Assembly (NCBI GenBank): GCA_937974195.1
Contig: CALJIC010000280.1
Location: 70,112 to 134,111, forward strand
Direction: 5' to 3'
DNA from: an uncultured Roseiflexaceae bacterium
GTDB taxonomy: Bacteria > Chloroflexota > Chloroflexia > Chloroflexales > Roseiflexaceae
Length of the DNA: 64,000 nt
Part shown: in pieces, positions 1 to 8,480 of the stretch
Layout of the letters: every line of letters begins with the position of its first letter
Numbering within the stretch: position 1 is the first letter of the stretch
Notes under the pieces: model-generated
The model's database searches: none
The model's input: the letters and a program-made list of their open reading frames with translations, nothing else
What the model was told of the DNA's origin: nothing
Program-made: the position numbers and the translations under genes

Positions 1-1
1 G

Positions 2-190
2 AAGCTGGACGACGGCCGCCGCATCGATGCGGACCTGTACCGGGCGCTGCGCGACGAGGAGCTGCAGGGGCTGGTCCAGGGCCGCGAGCAGCACCGCTTC
101 ACGCAGGCCGCCGAGCTGCTGGACGAGCTGGTGCTGGCGCCTGAGTTCGTCGAGTTTCTCACCATCCCCGGCTACGAGCGGCTCGACTAG
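2..190 (+). CDS. C-terminal fragment of a malate synthase-like protein (5' partial, gene starts before the window)
   Basis: Frame 2 reads ...FTQAAELLDELVLAPEFVEFLTIPGYERLD and stops at TAG 188-190. The tail resembles the conserved C-terminus of malate synthases, recognised from memory and not searched. Confidence 0.4.
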   Translation, partial: KLDDGRRIDADLYRALRDEELQGLVQGREQHRFTQAAELLDELVLAPEFVEFLTIPGYERLD

Positions 191-366
191 GGCGCTCGGC
201 GGGGTTGCACCAGGATGGACGGCCGGCCACCTGCCTGTCGGTGGCCGGCCGCCAAATAGGGCAGCGGCGCGTTGCTTGCCACAGCCCGTGCGCGTATCAC
301 AGCCTACTGGCCGACCCGGCGCCATTCTGCAAGCCAGCGCAGCGGCGACGTGTGTTGGAGTAGCGT

Positions 367-3300
367 ATGACGGAACCTCCCTCTTCCTCATCACCTGACC
401 GCAGCGAGATCCACGAGCTCCGCGCCCAGATTACGCAGCTCCAGCAGGCGATTGCCGAGCGCGACCGCCGGATCGACCAGCTCGAGCGCGATCTCGCAGC
501 GGCCCGACGAGCCGCGACCGAATCCCAGGTAGTGCTCGACACGCTGCTCGACCGGGCGCCGATCGGCTTTGCGATGTACGACCACGAGCTGCGCTGCGTC
601 CGCGCCAACGCGGCGCTGGTGCAGATGATCGGCCTCCGCGTCGAGGAGCTGCTGGGCCGGACGTTGTCCGAGGTGTTCTCCGAGCCCGCCCGCGCGATCG
701 AGGATCATATGCGCAGCGTGCTCGTGACGGGCAACCCGATCGTCAACGTGGAGCTGTCGGGGATGGTCCCCGGCTCGCCCAATCTGCGCCACTGGCTGGT
801 CAGCTACTACCCGGTGTCGGATGTGGACGGCTCGATCCTCGGGGTGGGCGCGATCATGATGGATGACACCACCCGTGTGGAGATGGAGGCTGCGCTGCGC
901 GAGTCAGAGGCGCGGTTCCGCGGGCTGGTCGAACATCTGCCGATCGTCGTTTACAAGGCTGAGATCGCCGACCTGAACCGCACGAGCTACATCAATCCGC
1001 AGATCGAAGCGCTGCTGGGCTACACGGCGGAGGAGTGGCTCGCCGACCCGACGTTCTGGCTGAGCCGCGTCCACCCGGACGACATCGAGCGCCTCCTCAG
1101 GGAGCAGGAGCTGGTGTACGACGGCGCGCCGCTCCCGTCCGACCATCGCATGATCGCGCGCGACGGGCGGGTGGTCTGGGTCCACGACGAGTCGGTGATC
1201 ATCCGTGACGAGCAGGGCCAGCCGCTGTACCTGCTGGGCTTCACGCAGGACATCACCGCGCGGAAGCGGGCGGAGGACGCGCAGCGCTTTCTGGCTGAGG
1301 CGAGCGGGATCCTGGCCTCCTCGCTGGACTACGACGCGACCCTGGCCAGGATCGCGCAGCTAGCTGTGCCGCGGCTGGCCGACGGCTGCGCCGTGTATCT
1401 CGACCAGGGCGACGGCACGATGCGCATCGTGGCGGTCGCGCACGTCGACCCCGAGCAGGAGGCGCTCGTGCGCGAGCTGGACCGCCGCTACCCGATCGGC
1501 CGGCGGTCTTTGGCGCAGATCGCCGCCGTGCTGCGCAACGGCAAATCGCTCCTCGCCCCGGCGGCCGCGCTGTCCACGATCCTCGGCGAGCCCCAGGACG
1601 AGCAGCACCGGGAGCTGATACAGCGGCTGCGGGTAAGCTCCATGATGTGCGCCCCGCTGATGGTCGGCGGCCGGGCGCTCGGCGCCCTCGCCTTTGCGCT
1701 CGCCGGAACCCACCACACCTACGGCCCGGAAGATCTCGCGCTGGCGGAAGAGCTGGCGCGGCGCGCGGCCGTCGCCATCGACAACGCCCGCCTCTACCGC
1801 GACACACAGGCCGCCCTGCGCCAGCGCGACGAGTCGCTGCTGCTGCTCGACGCCCTCCTGGCCCACGCCCCGATCGGCATGGGGTTCCTCGACCGGTCGG
1901 CGCGCTACCGGCGGGTGAACCCGGCGCTCGCGGCGATGAACGGCCTGGCCATCGCCGATCACCTCGGCCGGACCGTGCACGAGGTGACGCCGGCGCTGGC
2001 GCAGATCGTCGAGCCGCTCCTGGGGCCGGAGCCGGCGTCTGGCCGCGCCGTGGTCAGCCGCGAGATCAGCAGCGGGGCGGCGGGCTCCTCGGGGGAGCCG
2101 GGGACCTGGCTTGTGACCTCCTTTGCGGTGCAGCTCCCGAGCGGCGAGCCGTGGGGCGTCGGCATCGCGGCGACGGACATCACGCAGCGCAAGGAGCTGG
2201 AGCGTGAGCTGCGCGAGGCCCAGCTGCAGAGCGAGCTCGAGCGGCGCCGGCTGCGCACGGTGCTCGACCTGCTCCCGGTGGGCGTGGTCATCGCCGATGT
2301 GAACGGCAAGCTCGTGCAGGTGAACGCAGCGATGCGCGAGCTGTGGGGCGGGGAGCCGTCGTTCGAGATGGACGAGGAGAGCGCCGGCCTGCGCGGGTGG
2401 TGGGCGGCCAGCGGTGAGCCGCTCGCCACGCAGCAGTGGGCGCTGATGCGGGCGCTTGAGCACGGCGAGACCTCGCTCAACGAGGAGATCGTCATACAGA
2501 CGCGCGACGGCCGGCGGCGGCGCATTCTCAGCTCCGCGGTCCCGATGCGCGACGAGGCCGGCCAGATCGCCAGCGCGGTCATGGTGAACATCGACATCAC
2601 CGAGCGGACGGCTCTGGAGCAGAAGCTGCAGCAGGCGCAGCGGCTCGAGAGCCTCGGCGTGCTCGCCGGTGGGATCGCCCACGACTTCAACAATCTCCTG
2701 GCGGTGATCATCGGCAACGCCGAGCTGGTGCTGGCGGACCTCTCGGCGGACGACCCGGCCCGCGAATCGCTCATCCCGCTGCTCACCGCGGCCCGGCGCG
2801 CCGCGGAGCTGACGCGCCAGATGCTGGCCTACTCCGGCCGCGGCCGCTATGTCATCGAGCGGCTCAACCTCAACGCCCTGATCGGCGAGCTCGCCACGCT
2901 GCTGCGCTCGTCGGTCTCGCGGGCGGTGACGATGCGCACCGAGCTGGACCTGGAGCTGCCGCCGGTCGAGGCCGACGCCACGCAGCTTCGCCAGGTTGTG
3001 ATGAACCTGGTGATCAACGCCGGGGAGGCGATCGGCGAGGGCCCCGGCACGATCGTCATCTCGACCTCGTCGCGCTGGATGACGGCCGAGGCGCTCGCCG
3101 ACTACCGCTTCGGCAGCGAGCGACCGCCGGGCCACTACGCGGTGCTCACGGTGACCGACACCGGGTGCGGGATGGACGCCCAGACGAGCGAGCGGATCTT
3201 CGACCCGTTCTACACGACGAAGTTTACCGGCCGGGGCCTCGGGCTGGCGGCGGTGCTAGGGATCGTGCGGGCGCACCGCGGGGCGCTGCGGGTGGACAGC

Positions 3301-3774
3301 GCGGTTGGCCGCGGCACGACCTTCACGATCCTGCTGCCCGCCAGCGACGACGCGCCGGGGCCGGACCACGGCGCCCGGAAGGAGCCGCTGGCTGTTCCCG
3401 CGCGGCGGCGGGGCACGGTGCTCGTCGTGGATGATGAGCACGATGTGTGCGTGCTGGCGCAGCGGCAGCTCGAGCGCCTTGGCTACACAGTTCTGGTCGC
3501 GCCGGACGGCGCGGCGGCTGTCCAGCTGTTTCGGGCGCACGCCGGTGAGCTGCGCGCGGTGCTGCTCGACCTGACCATGCCGGGGCTGAGCGGCGCCAGC
3601 GCGCTCCAGCAGATGCGCGCGATCGCGCCGCACGTGCCGGTGGTCGTCATGAGCGGCCACAGCGCCGACGATGTCGTGCGCCAGATCCCCGGGCTGGGCG
3701 CGGAGCACGTGCTCCAGAAGCCGTTTTCGTCGCAGGATCTGGACCGCGTGCTGCGGGCTGTGACCGCCGAGTAG
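367..3774 (+). CDS. Hybrid sensor histidine kinase/response regulator (multi-PAS, GAF, HisKA, HATPase_c, C-terminal receiver)
   Basis: 1135-aa ORF with a GGAG RBS before the ATG. It has N-terminal coiled-coil and repeated PAS-like segments. The H-box is IAHDFNNLL, HATPase motifs are DTGCGMD and GRGLGL, and the C-terminal REC domain reads VLVVDDEHDV...LLDLTMPG...VVVMSGH. Confidence 0.85.
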   Translation: MTEPPSSSSPDRSEIHELRAQITQLQQAIAERDRRIDQLERDLAAARRAATESQVVLDTLLDRAPIGFAMYDHELRCVRANAALVQMIGLRVEELLGRTLSEVFSEPARAIEDHMRSVLVTGNPIVNVELSGMVPGSPNLRHWLVSYYPVSDVDGSILGVGAIMMDDTTRVEMEAALRESEARFRGLVEHLPIVVYKAEIADLNRTSYINPQIEALLGYTAEEWLADPTFWLSRVHPDDIERLLREQELVYDGAPLPSDHRMIARDGRVVWVHDESVIIRDEQGQPLYLLGFTQDITARKRAEDAQRFLAEASGILASSLDYDATLARIAQLAVPRLADGCAVYLDQGDGTMRIVAVAHVDPEQEALVRELDRRYPIGRRSLAQIAAVLRNGKSLLAPAAALSTILGEPQDEQHRELIQRLRVSSMMCAPLMVGGRALGALAFALAGTHHTYGPEDLALAEELARRAAVAIDNARLYRDTQAALRQRDESLLLLDALLAHAPIGMGFLDRSARYRRVNPALAAMNGLAIADHLGRTVHEVTPALAQIVEPLLGPEPASGRAVVSREISSGAAGSSGEPGTWLVTSFAVQLPSGEPWGVGIAATDITQRKELERELREAQLQSELERRRLRTVLDLLPVGVVIADVNGKLVQVNAAMRELWGGEPSFEMDEESAGLRGWWAASGEPLATQQWALMRALEHGETSLNEEIVIQTRDGRRRRILSSAVPMRDEAGQIASAVMVNIDITERTALEQKLQQAQRLESLGVLAGGIAHDFNNLLAVIIGNAELVLADLSADDPARESLIPLLTAARRAAELTRQMLAYSGRGRYVIERLNLNALIGELATLLRSSVSRAVTMRTELDLELPPVEADATQLRQVVMNLVINAGEAIGEGPGTIVISTSSRWMTAEALADYRFGSERPPGHYAVLTVTDTGCGMDAQTSERIFDPFYTTKFTGRGLGLAAVLGIVRAHRGALRVDSAVGRGTTFTILLPASDDAPGPDHGARKEPLAVPARRRGTVLVVDDEHDVCVLAQRQLERLGYTVLVAPDGAAAVQLFRAHAGELRAVLLDLTMPGLSGASALQQMRAIAPHVPVVVMSGHSADDVVRQIPGLGAEHVLQKPFSSQDLDRVLRAVTAE

Positions 3775-3791
3775 GAGGCGCCGCCTCTCGA

Positions 3792-5366
3792 TCAGCGGCC
3801 CCCGCGGCGCCCGATGACCCAGATGTGAACCACCAGGCCGCCGGAGGACGTTCGCAGCTGGTCGAGGATCTGGAGCAGGGCGCGGTGCTGGTGCAGCGCC
3901 TGCTCCATCAGGCGCCGCTGGGCGGTGTACAGAACGGCGCGCCCGCCCGGCCGAAGGTGCTGCCCGATGCGCGCCAGGATCCCCTCGTACAGGCGCTGGA
4001 GGCCGGCCGCGTCACTCCTGGTGCGCACGCCGAACGGCAGGTTCGCCAGCACCTCGTCGCACGAAAGCCACCCGCCGCGGCCCAGCGCATCGGCCTCGAC
4101 GACCCGGATGCGCCCTTGCAGCCCGGCCGCCGCGATATTAGCCTGCGCGGCCGCCACAGCGTTGAGGCTGCGGTCGAAGCCTAGCAGGGCCGCCGCCTCG
4201 CCGGCCAGGGCGCGCTCGATCAGCAGCGTCGCGCTGCCGCACGTCGGGTCGAGGACCGTGGCGCCGGGCCCGGTGCGCGCGAGCCGGGCGAGACATGCGG
4301 CGATCACCGGGTTGATCGCCGCCGGCACGTCGCGCAGCCGGTAGGCGAAGCGCGTGTCGGGGATGCCGGTGGGCCGGATGATCAGCTGCGACGAGGCCGG
4401 GCTCGTCTCGACCAGCAGCTCGACGGCGTAGCTCGACGGGCTGTCCTGCAGCATCAGCGGCTGGCAGGCGGCGCGCGCGGCCGCCACGACTGCGCGGTGC
4501 GTCTGGCGCGGCGCCTGCTGCGCGAGCGTGATGCGGAAGCGCAGGACATCGCCGTCGACCTGCAGCCACTCGCGCCAGCGGCGGAGCGGCGGGCTGGCGC
4601 TCAGCAGCGCGGCAACGGCGGAGGCGCACTCATCGGGCCGGTCGAGCGGCAGCGGCGGCCCCACTCCGCCGGGGATCAGCATGCCTCTGGTGCAGCGCAG
4701 CTGCGCAGCCGCCTGCGCCGGGTCGATCTGGTCAGGGCAGGCGAGCCTCCCTTCGCCGACCTGCTCCCAGCGCCCAAAGCCGCGCTCGTGCGCCTCCGCC
4801 GCCGCGACATGCTCGAGCCCGGCTGGGACGTCGAACAGCACCTGAGGGCGCCAGGGCCCCGAACGCCACGCGGCGGGCTGCGGGAGGGCGCTCACGTGGG
4901 CGCTCGCGCGCAGCAGCGCCTCGCGCTCCGGCTCCGTCTGCGGCTCGATCTCCTGGAGACGCTCGGCCGCCTGCGGGCCGCCGATGGCGCCCAGCGCCAG
5001 GATGAGCGAGGGGCGCACCCACCTGACGCTCTCCTGCTCGAGCGCCGCCGTGAGCGCGTCGATGCTGGTCGGCGAGCCGTGGGCGCCCAGCGCCACCGCG
5101 GCATTCTTGCGCACCTTCGCGTCGGGATCGGTCACGACCGCGCGCTCCAGCGCCTCCGTCCCGGCCGGCGTCGGCTTCAGCCTGCCGAGCAGGAAGGCGG
5201 CAGACTGGCGAATGCGCGGGGCAGGGCTCCGGAGCGCCTCGACCAGGTGCGGCGTTGCGGCGCGGCCCGCGGCCAGGAGCGCTGCGCCGGCCCGCTTCCG
5301 CCGCTGCTGATCGTCGGTATCTAGCTGCGCGATGAGCCGCGCGAGATCGGCGTCTGGTGGAGGCAT
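3792..5366 (-). CDS. HEAT-repeat protein fused to a class I SAM-dependent RNA methyltransferase-like domain (RlmL/UPF0020-like)
   Basis: HEAT/PBS-like repeats near the N-terminus (IRQSAAFLLGRL, DAKVRKNAAVALGA). Methyltransferase motif I reads VLDPTCGSATLLIERA and motif IV reads NLPFG. Start moved to the second Met (5366) because it has a GGTGAG SD-like sequence upstream; the ORF-track start is 5417. Confidence 0.55.
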   Translation of the reverse strand: MPPPDADLARLIAQLDTDDQQRRKRAGAALLAAGRAATPHLVEALRSPAPRIRQSAAFLLGRLKPTPAGTEALERAVVTDPDAKVRKNAAVALGAHGSPTSIDALTAALEQESVRWVRPSLILALGAIGGPQAAERLQEIEPQTEPEREALLRASAHVSALPQPAAWRSGPWRPQVLFDVPAGLEHVAAAEAHERGFGRWEQVGEGRLACPDQIDPAQAAAQLRCTRGMLIPGGVGPPLPLDRPDECASAVAALLSASPPLRRWREWLQVDGDVLRFRITLAQQAPRQTHRAVVAAARAACQPLMLQDSPSSYAVELLVETSPASSQLIIRPTGIPDTRFAYRLRDVPAAINPVIAACLARLARTGPGATVLDPTCGSATLLIERALAGEAAALLGFDRSLNAVAAAQANIAAAGLQGRIRVVEADALGRGGWLSCDEVLANLPFGVRTRSDAAGLQRLYEGILARIGQHLRPGGRAVLYTAQRRLMEQALHQHRALLQILDQLRTSSGGLVVHIWVIGRRGGR

Positions 5367-5537
5367 ATGCTCACCACGGCGTCGGGCTATCGTCGGGAAG
5401 CTCTCGGTCACGCGCATTGCGGTGGAGTGGTGCGGGGAGACTCTGGGAGGCGAAGCCTCTCCGAACCTCTCCGGGGGTGCGGGGCGAGGGCGGCGCGTGC
5501 GTCGCGTGAATCATAGCATACTGCCGGGGAACGCACC

Positions 5538-8468
5538 TTAGCTGCGGCGCGCCCGCGCGTACTCGGCTGCGGCGAGCAGGCGCGGGCGGGCGGCGAGGAG
5601 CCGCGAGAGCCAGCGCTGCCGCTCGAAGCGGTCCGGGACGCACCCCGGGTGGTCGAGGATGTACTGGCGCTGGCAGCCGCGGATGGCGTTCCAGCGCGCG
5701 AGCACATGCTCCCACTCCGCCTGGTCGAGCGCCGCCAGCGCGGCCACGGTCTCACCCTCGGCGGCCGGGCCGTAGGCCAGCCGGGTCAGGAGCGGGTCGA
5801 TCGGATCGGGCCGCTCCGGCAGCACAGTTCGCCAATCCGGGCCTGTGTACGGCGGGACTTCGGGCTCCTGCGGCGGCGGCCAGGGCAGCGGGCGCATCGA
5901 GAACGGGCCTGCCGGCGCGCCCTCGCAGCGCAGGACGGCGTACTGGTGCTGCGTAGGGTTCTGCTGGCTGATGTCAGCGGCGGTGATGCCGCTCGCCGCG
6001 TAGGCCCTCGCGTAGACCGAGGCGTCCGGCTCGCTGGTCTGCAGAATGATGCGGTTGGCTGCGTTGATAAGCATGATGTCTCGCAGGTCGCCGAGCTGGG
6101 CGAGGGCCTGGTGGGCGTAGATAGCGGGGATGCCGAGCGAGCGCAGCCGGGTCATCGCCACCTCGAGATCGGCCGCCGCGCCGCCTGCCAGCACCTGCAG
6201 CTCGTCCACGACCAGCGGGTAGCTCGCGCGGGTGGTGTCGGAGCCGCCGCGGGCAAACGCCGCGCGCACGAACGCCTGGAAGACCAGCATCCCGACTGCG
6301 CCCGCCAGGCCGCCGAGGGTCATGTCCGGCAGCGGCACCAGCACGATCAGCCCGCGCTCGATCGCATCCGTGAGGTTGAATGTCGGCTCGGCCTGGGTCG
6401 CCAGGTAGCGTGTCGTCTCGGAGGTGAGCAGGGCGTCGAGGCGCCGCAGCAGGGCGTCGCGGCTGCTGCGCTGGCCCTCGCCCAGCTGCCCGAATGTCGT
6501 CCGCCAGAAGGAGACGACCTCGACGTTCGACGCGCCCTCGAGCAGCCGCGTGCGGTAGGCGTGGTCCAGCAGCGCCTGCCTGACGTGCGCGAGCGTTGGC
6601 TGCGGCTCGCTCTCCAGCACGAGCAGCGTCGCCATCGTTGCGAACTGCTGCATGCCCGGCGCCTTGCTCCACGTCTCCGGGTCGAGCCGCGCGAAGATCG
6701 CGAGCACCTGCCCGAGCGCCAGGTCCGCGCCGCCGGGCTGGGCCAGGTCGGCGCCCGCCAGCGGGTTCAGCCCGATCGGCCAGGCCGCGTCGAGCACGTC
6801 GAGCAGCACCAGGCGCCCCTCGTCCGCCAGCGGAGTGAGCCGGCGAACTGTCGTGACCAGGCTCCCTTCGCGGTCATCGCCCTTACCGTCGATCAGCGTG
6901 AAGCCGTGCGGCGCGAACTGGACGCAGATATTGGCGAGCAGGCGGCTCTTGCCCGCGCCCATCCCGGCGGTGAGATGCAGGATCTGCCGCAGGTCGCGAA
7001 GCGAGGGGCCGACGGGCGCGTCGGTCCCGTCCGCGTGGCGCGCGTAGCCGACCGCGACCCGGTCGCTGCCGGTGGCCGGGCCGATGAATGCGTGTGGCGG
7101 CGCCTGGATCCTGCGGCAGTCGAGGAGCCGCACCAGCCCGCTGATCGAGGGCGCCGGCAGATGCCAGAGGCCGGCGAGCTCCGCGGGCGTCAGGATATCC
7201 GGGTCGCGCCAGGGGCGGAGCGGCAGCAGCAGAGTGGCCGGAGGCGTGAAGCGCGGGACTCGCCCGAGGACTGCTGACTGCGCGCCGCGCCCGTGCCCGA
7301 TCGGGACGAGGCGCTGGAGCCGGCTGGCGGTGCGAGCCTGGTATGCCGCCAGCGCATTCCCGACTGCGTCCAGGGCCGCGCGTCCTGTGTCCAGGTTATC
7401 GGCGACTGCGACGGCGCGGATGGTCACTTCGAACGGCGCCCCGGCGAGCTTCGTCTCGAGCGCCGCCGCGTCCTGCGCAAGAGCGTAGTCCTCCTTCTGC
7501 TCCAGCCGGAGCTTGAGCGCGGTGCCGCGCCCGCGCCACCCGCGGTTCAGCACCCAGCCGAGCGCGCCCGCGCAGGGGCGCACGACGATCTGCAGCTCGA
7601 CGTAGCTGGCCGCGTGCGGGCGCACCGCTGCCAGCAGCGGCCCCAGCGTGTCGGCCGGGGTCTCGGCGCTGAGCCGCAGCGGGTACTCGGGCGGGAGCGC
7701 GAGGCCGAACTCGCGCCACATGACAACCGGGGCCTCCGCGGCCCTGGCGCGGAGCGGGTCTTCAGCCGGCTCGACGACTGCGCCGGGCGCGAGGCCGGCG
7801 ATGGCGTGAGAAACGAGCGCGAGGGCGCGCCCGCGCTGTCGCTCGCTTCCAGCCACGAACGCGCCTAGCTCAGCCGGCTGATCCGGCTCGGCGCCGATCA
7901 CCAGCGCGCACCAGGGGGCGCGCCCGGACAGGCGGCCCCGCGTCGGGAGGCCGGCGGCGAGCACGGAGAACAGCTCCATATCCGGCCCGACACGAGCGGC
8001 TCCACTGCCCGGGCCGGCCTCGCGGGGAAGCAGGACGCGGGCGTAGACGCCGCGCCGGCCATGGTGGGCGGTCGCCCGTGCCTGCAGCGCCATCGCGCAC
8101 CCCGCGACCAGCAGCTCGGCGGCGATGCCGAGCAGGCCCACGAGCGCGGCCGCGCGCACCAGCGGCTGCCAGGCGTCATCGAGAGCTGCGCTCAGCAGCG
8201 CGGCTGCGAGGAGCTCCGGCCCGGGCGGCGCGGGCAGCGCCAGAGGCGCGAAGCTGGATGGCTCGACACCGGTGGCTTGGGCGGCGGGACGCGTGCTGCC
8301 GAAGGTGCGCTCGAGCTGCTGCAGCGGCTCCCGCAGCAGCGCAAGCCCGATGACGACGAGCAGCGCGGAGCGAACGATCGCCGGCAGCAGCCCAGGGCGC
8401 GGCGGTCTGGTGCCACGAGGCGGCTGGGCGCCCGCTCGCCCCGCCGATGGGTGTGATCTGGCAGACAT
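5538..8468 (-). CDS. Type IV coupling protein-like ATPase (VirD4/TraG/TraD family) with a large N-terminal membrane/unknown region
   Basis: 976 aa with N-terminal hydrophobic segments. Walker A is TAGMGAGKS, followed by FTLIDGKGD (T4CP-like DpKGE box). Walker B is PLVVDELQVLAG, followed by AHQALAQL (Q-rich motif). A strong RBS (GAGGAGGAG) precedes the ATG at 8468. Confidence 0.6.
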   Translation of the reverse strand: MSARSHPSAGRAGAQPPRGTRPPRPGLLPAIVRSALLVVIGLALLREPLQQLERTFGSTRPAAQATGVEPSSFAPLALPAPPGPELLAAALLSAALDDAWQPLVRAAALVGLLGIAAELLVAGCAMALQARATAHHGRRGVYARVLLPREAGPGSGAARVGPDMELFSVLAAGLPTRGRLSGRAPWCALVIGAEPDQPAELGAFVAGSERQRGRALALVSHAIAGLAPGAVVEPAEDPLRARAAEAPVVMWREFGLALPPEYPLRLSAETPADTLGPLLAAVRPHAASYVELQIVVRPCAGALGWVLNRGWRGRGTALKLRLEQKEDYALAQDAAALETKLAGAPFEVTIRAVAVADNLDTGRAALDAVGNALAAYQARTASRLQRLVPIGHGRGAQSAVLGRVPRFTPPATLLLPLRPWRDPDILTPAELAGLWHLPAPSISGLVRLLDCRRIQAPPHAFIGPATGSDRVAVGYARHADGTDAPVGPSLRDLRQILHLTAGMGAGKSRLLANICVQFAPHGFTLIDGKGDDREGSLVTTVRRLTPLADEGRLVLLDVLDAAWPIGLNPLAGADLAQPGGADLALGQVLAIFARLDPETWSKAPGMQQFATMATLLVLESEPQPTLAHVRQALLDHAYRTRLLEGASNVEVVSFWRTTFGQLGEGQRSSRDALLRRLDALLTSETTRYLATQAEPTFNLTDAIERGLIVLVPLPDMTLGGLAGAVGMLVFQAFVRAAFARGGSDTTRASYPLVVDELQVLAGGAAADLEVAMTRLRSLGIPAIYAHQALAQLGDLRDIMLINAANRIILQTSEPDASVYARAYAASGITAADISQQNPTQHQYAVLRCEGAPAGPFSMRPLPWPPPQEPEVPPYTGPDWRTVLPERPDPIDPLLTRLAYGPAAEGETVAALAALDQAEWEHVLARWNAIRGCQRQYILDHPGCVPDRFERQRWLSRLLAARPRLLAAAEYARARRS

Positions 8469-8480
8469 GGTCGCTCCTCC

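Noticed and set aside
1360-3135. 591-aa minus-strand ORF and other ORFs (1253..1807, 1959..2786, etc.) inside the hybrid kinase gene
   Set aside because: Antisense or off-frame to the 1135-aa kinase, whose motifs are unambiguous.
5649-7277. 542-aa plus-strand ORF
   Set aside because: Antisense to the coupling-protein-like gene, which carries Walker A and Walker B motifs. Composition is Arg/Gly-rich without motifs.
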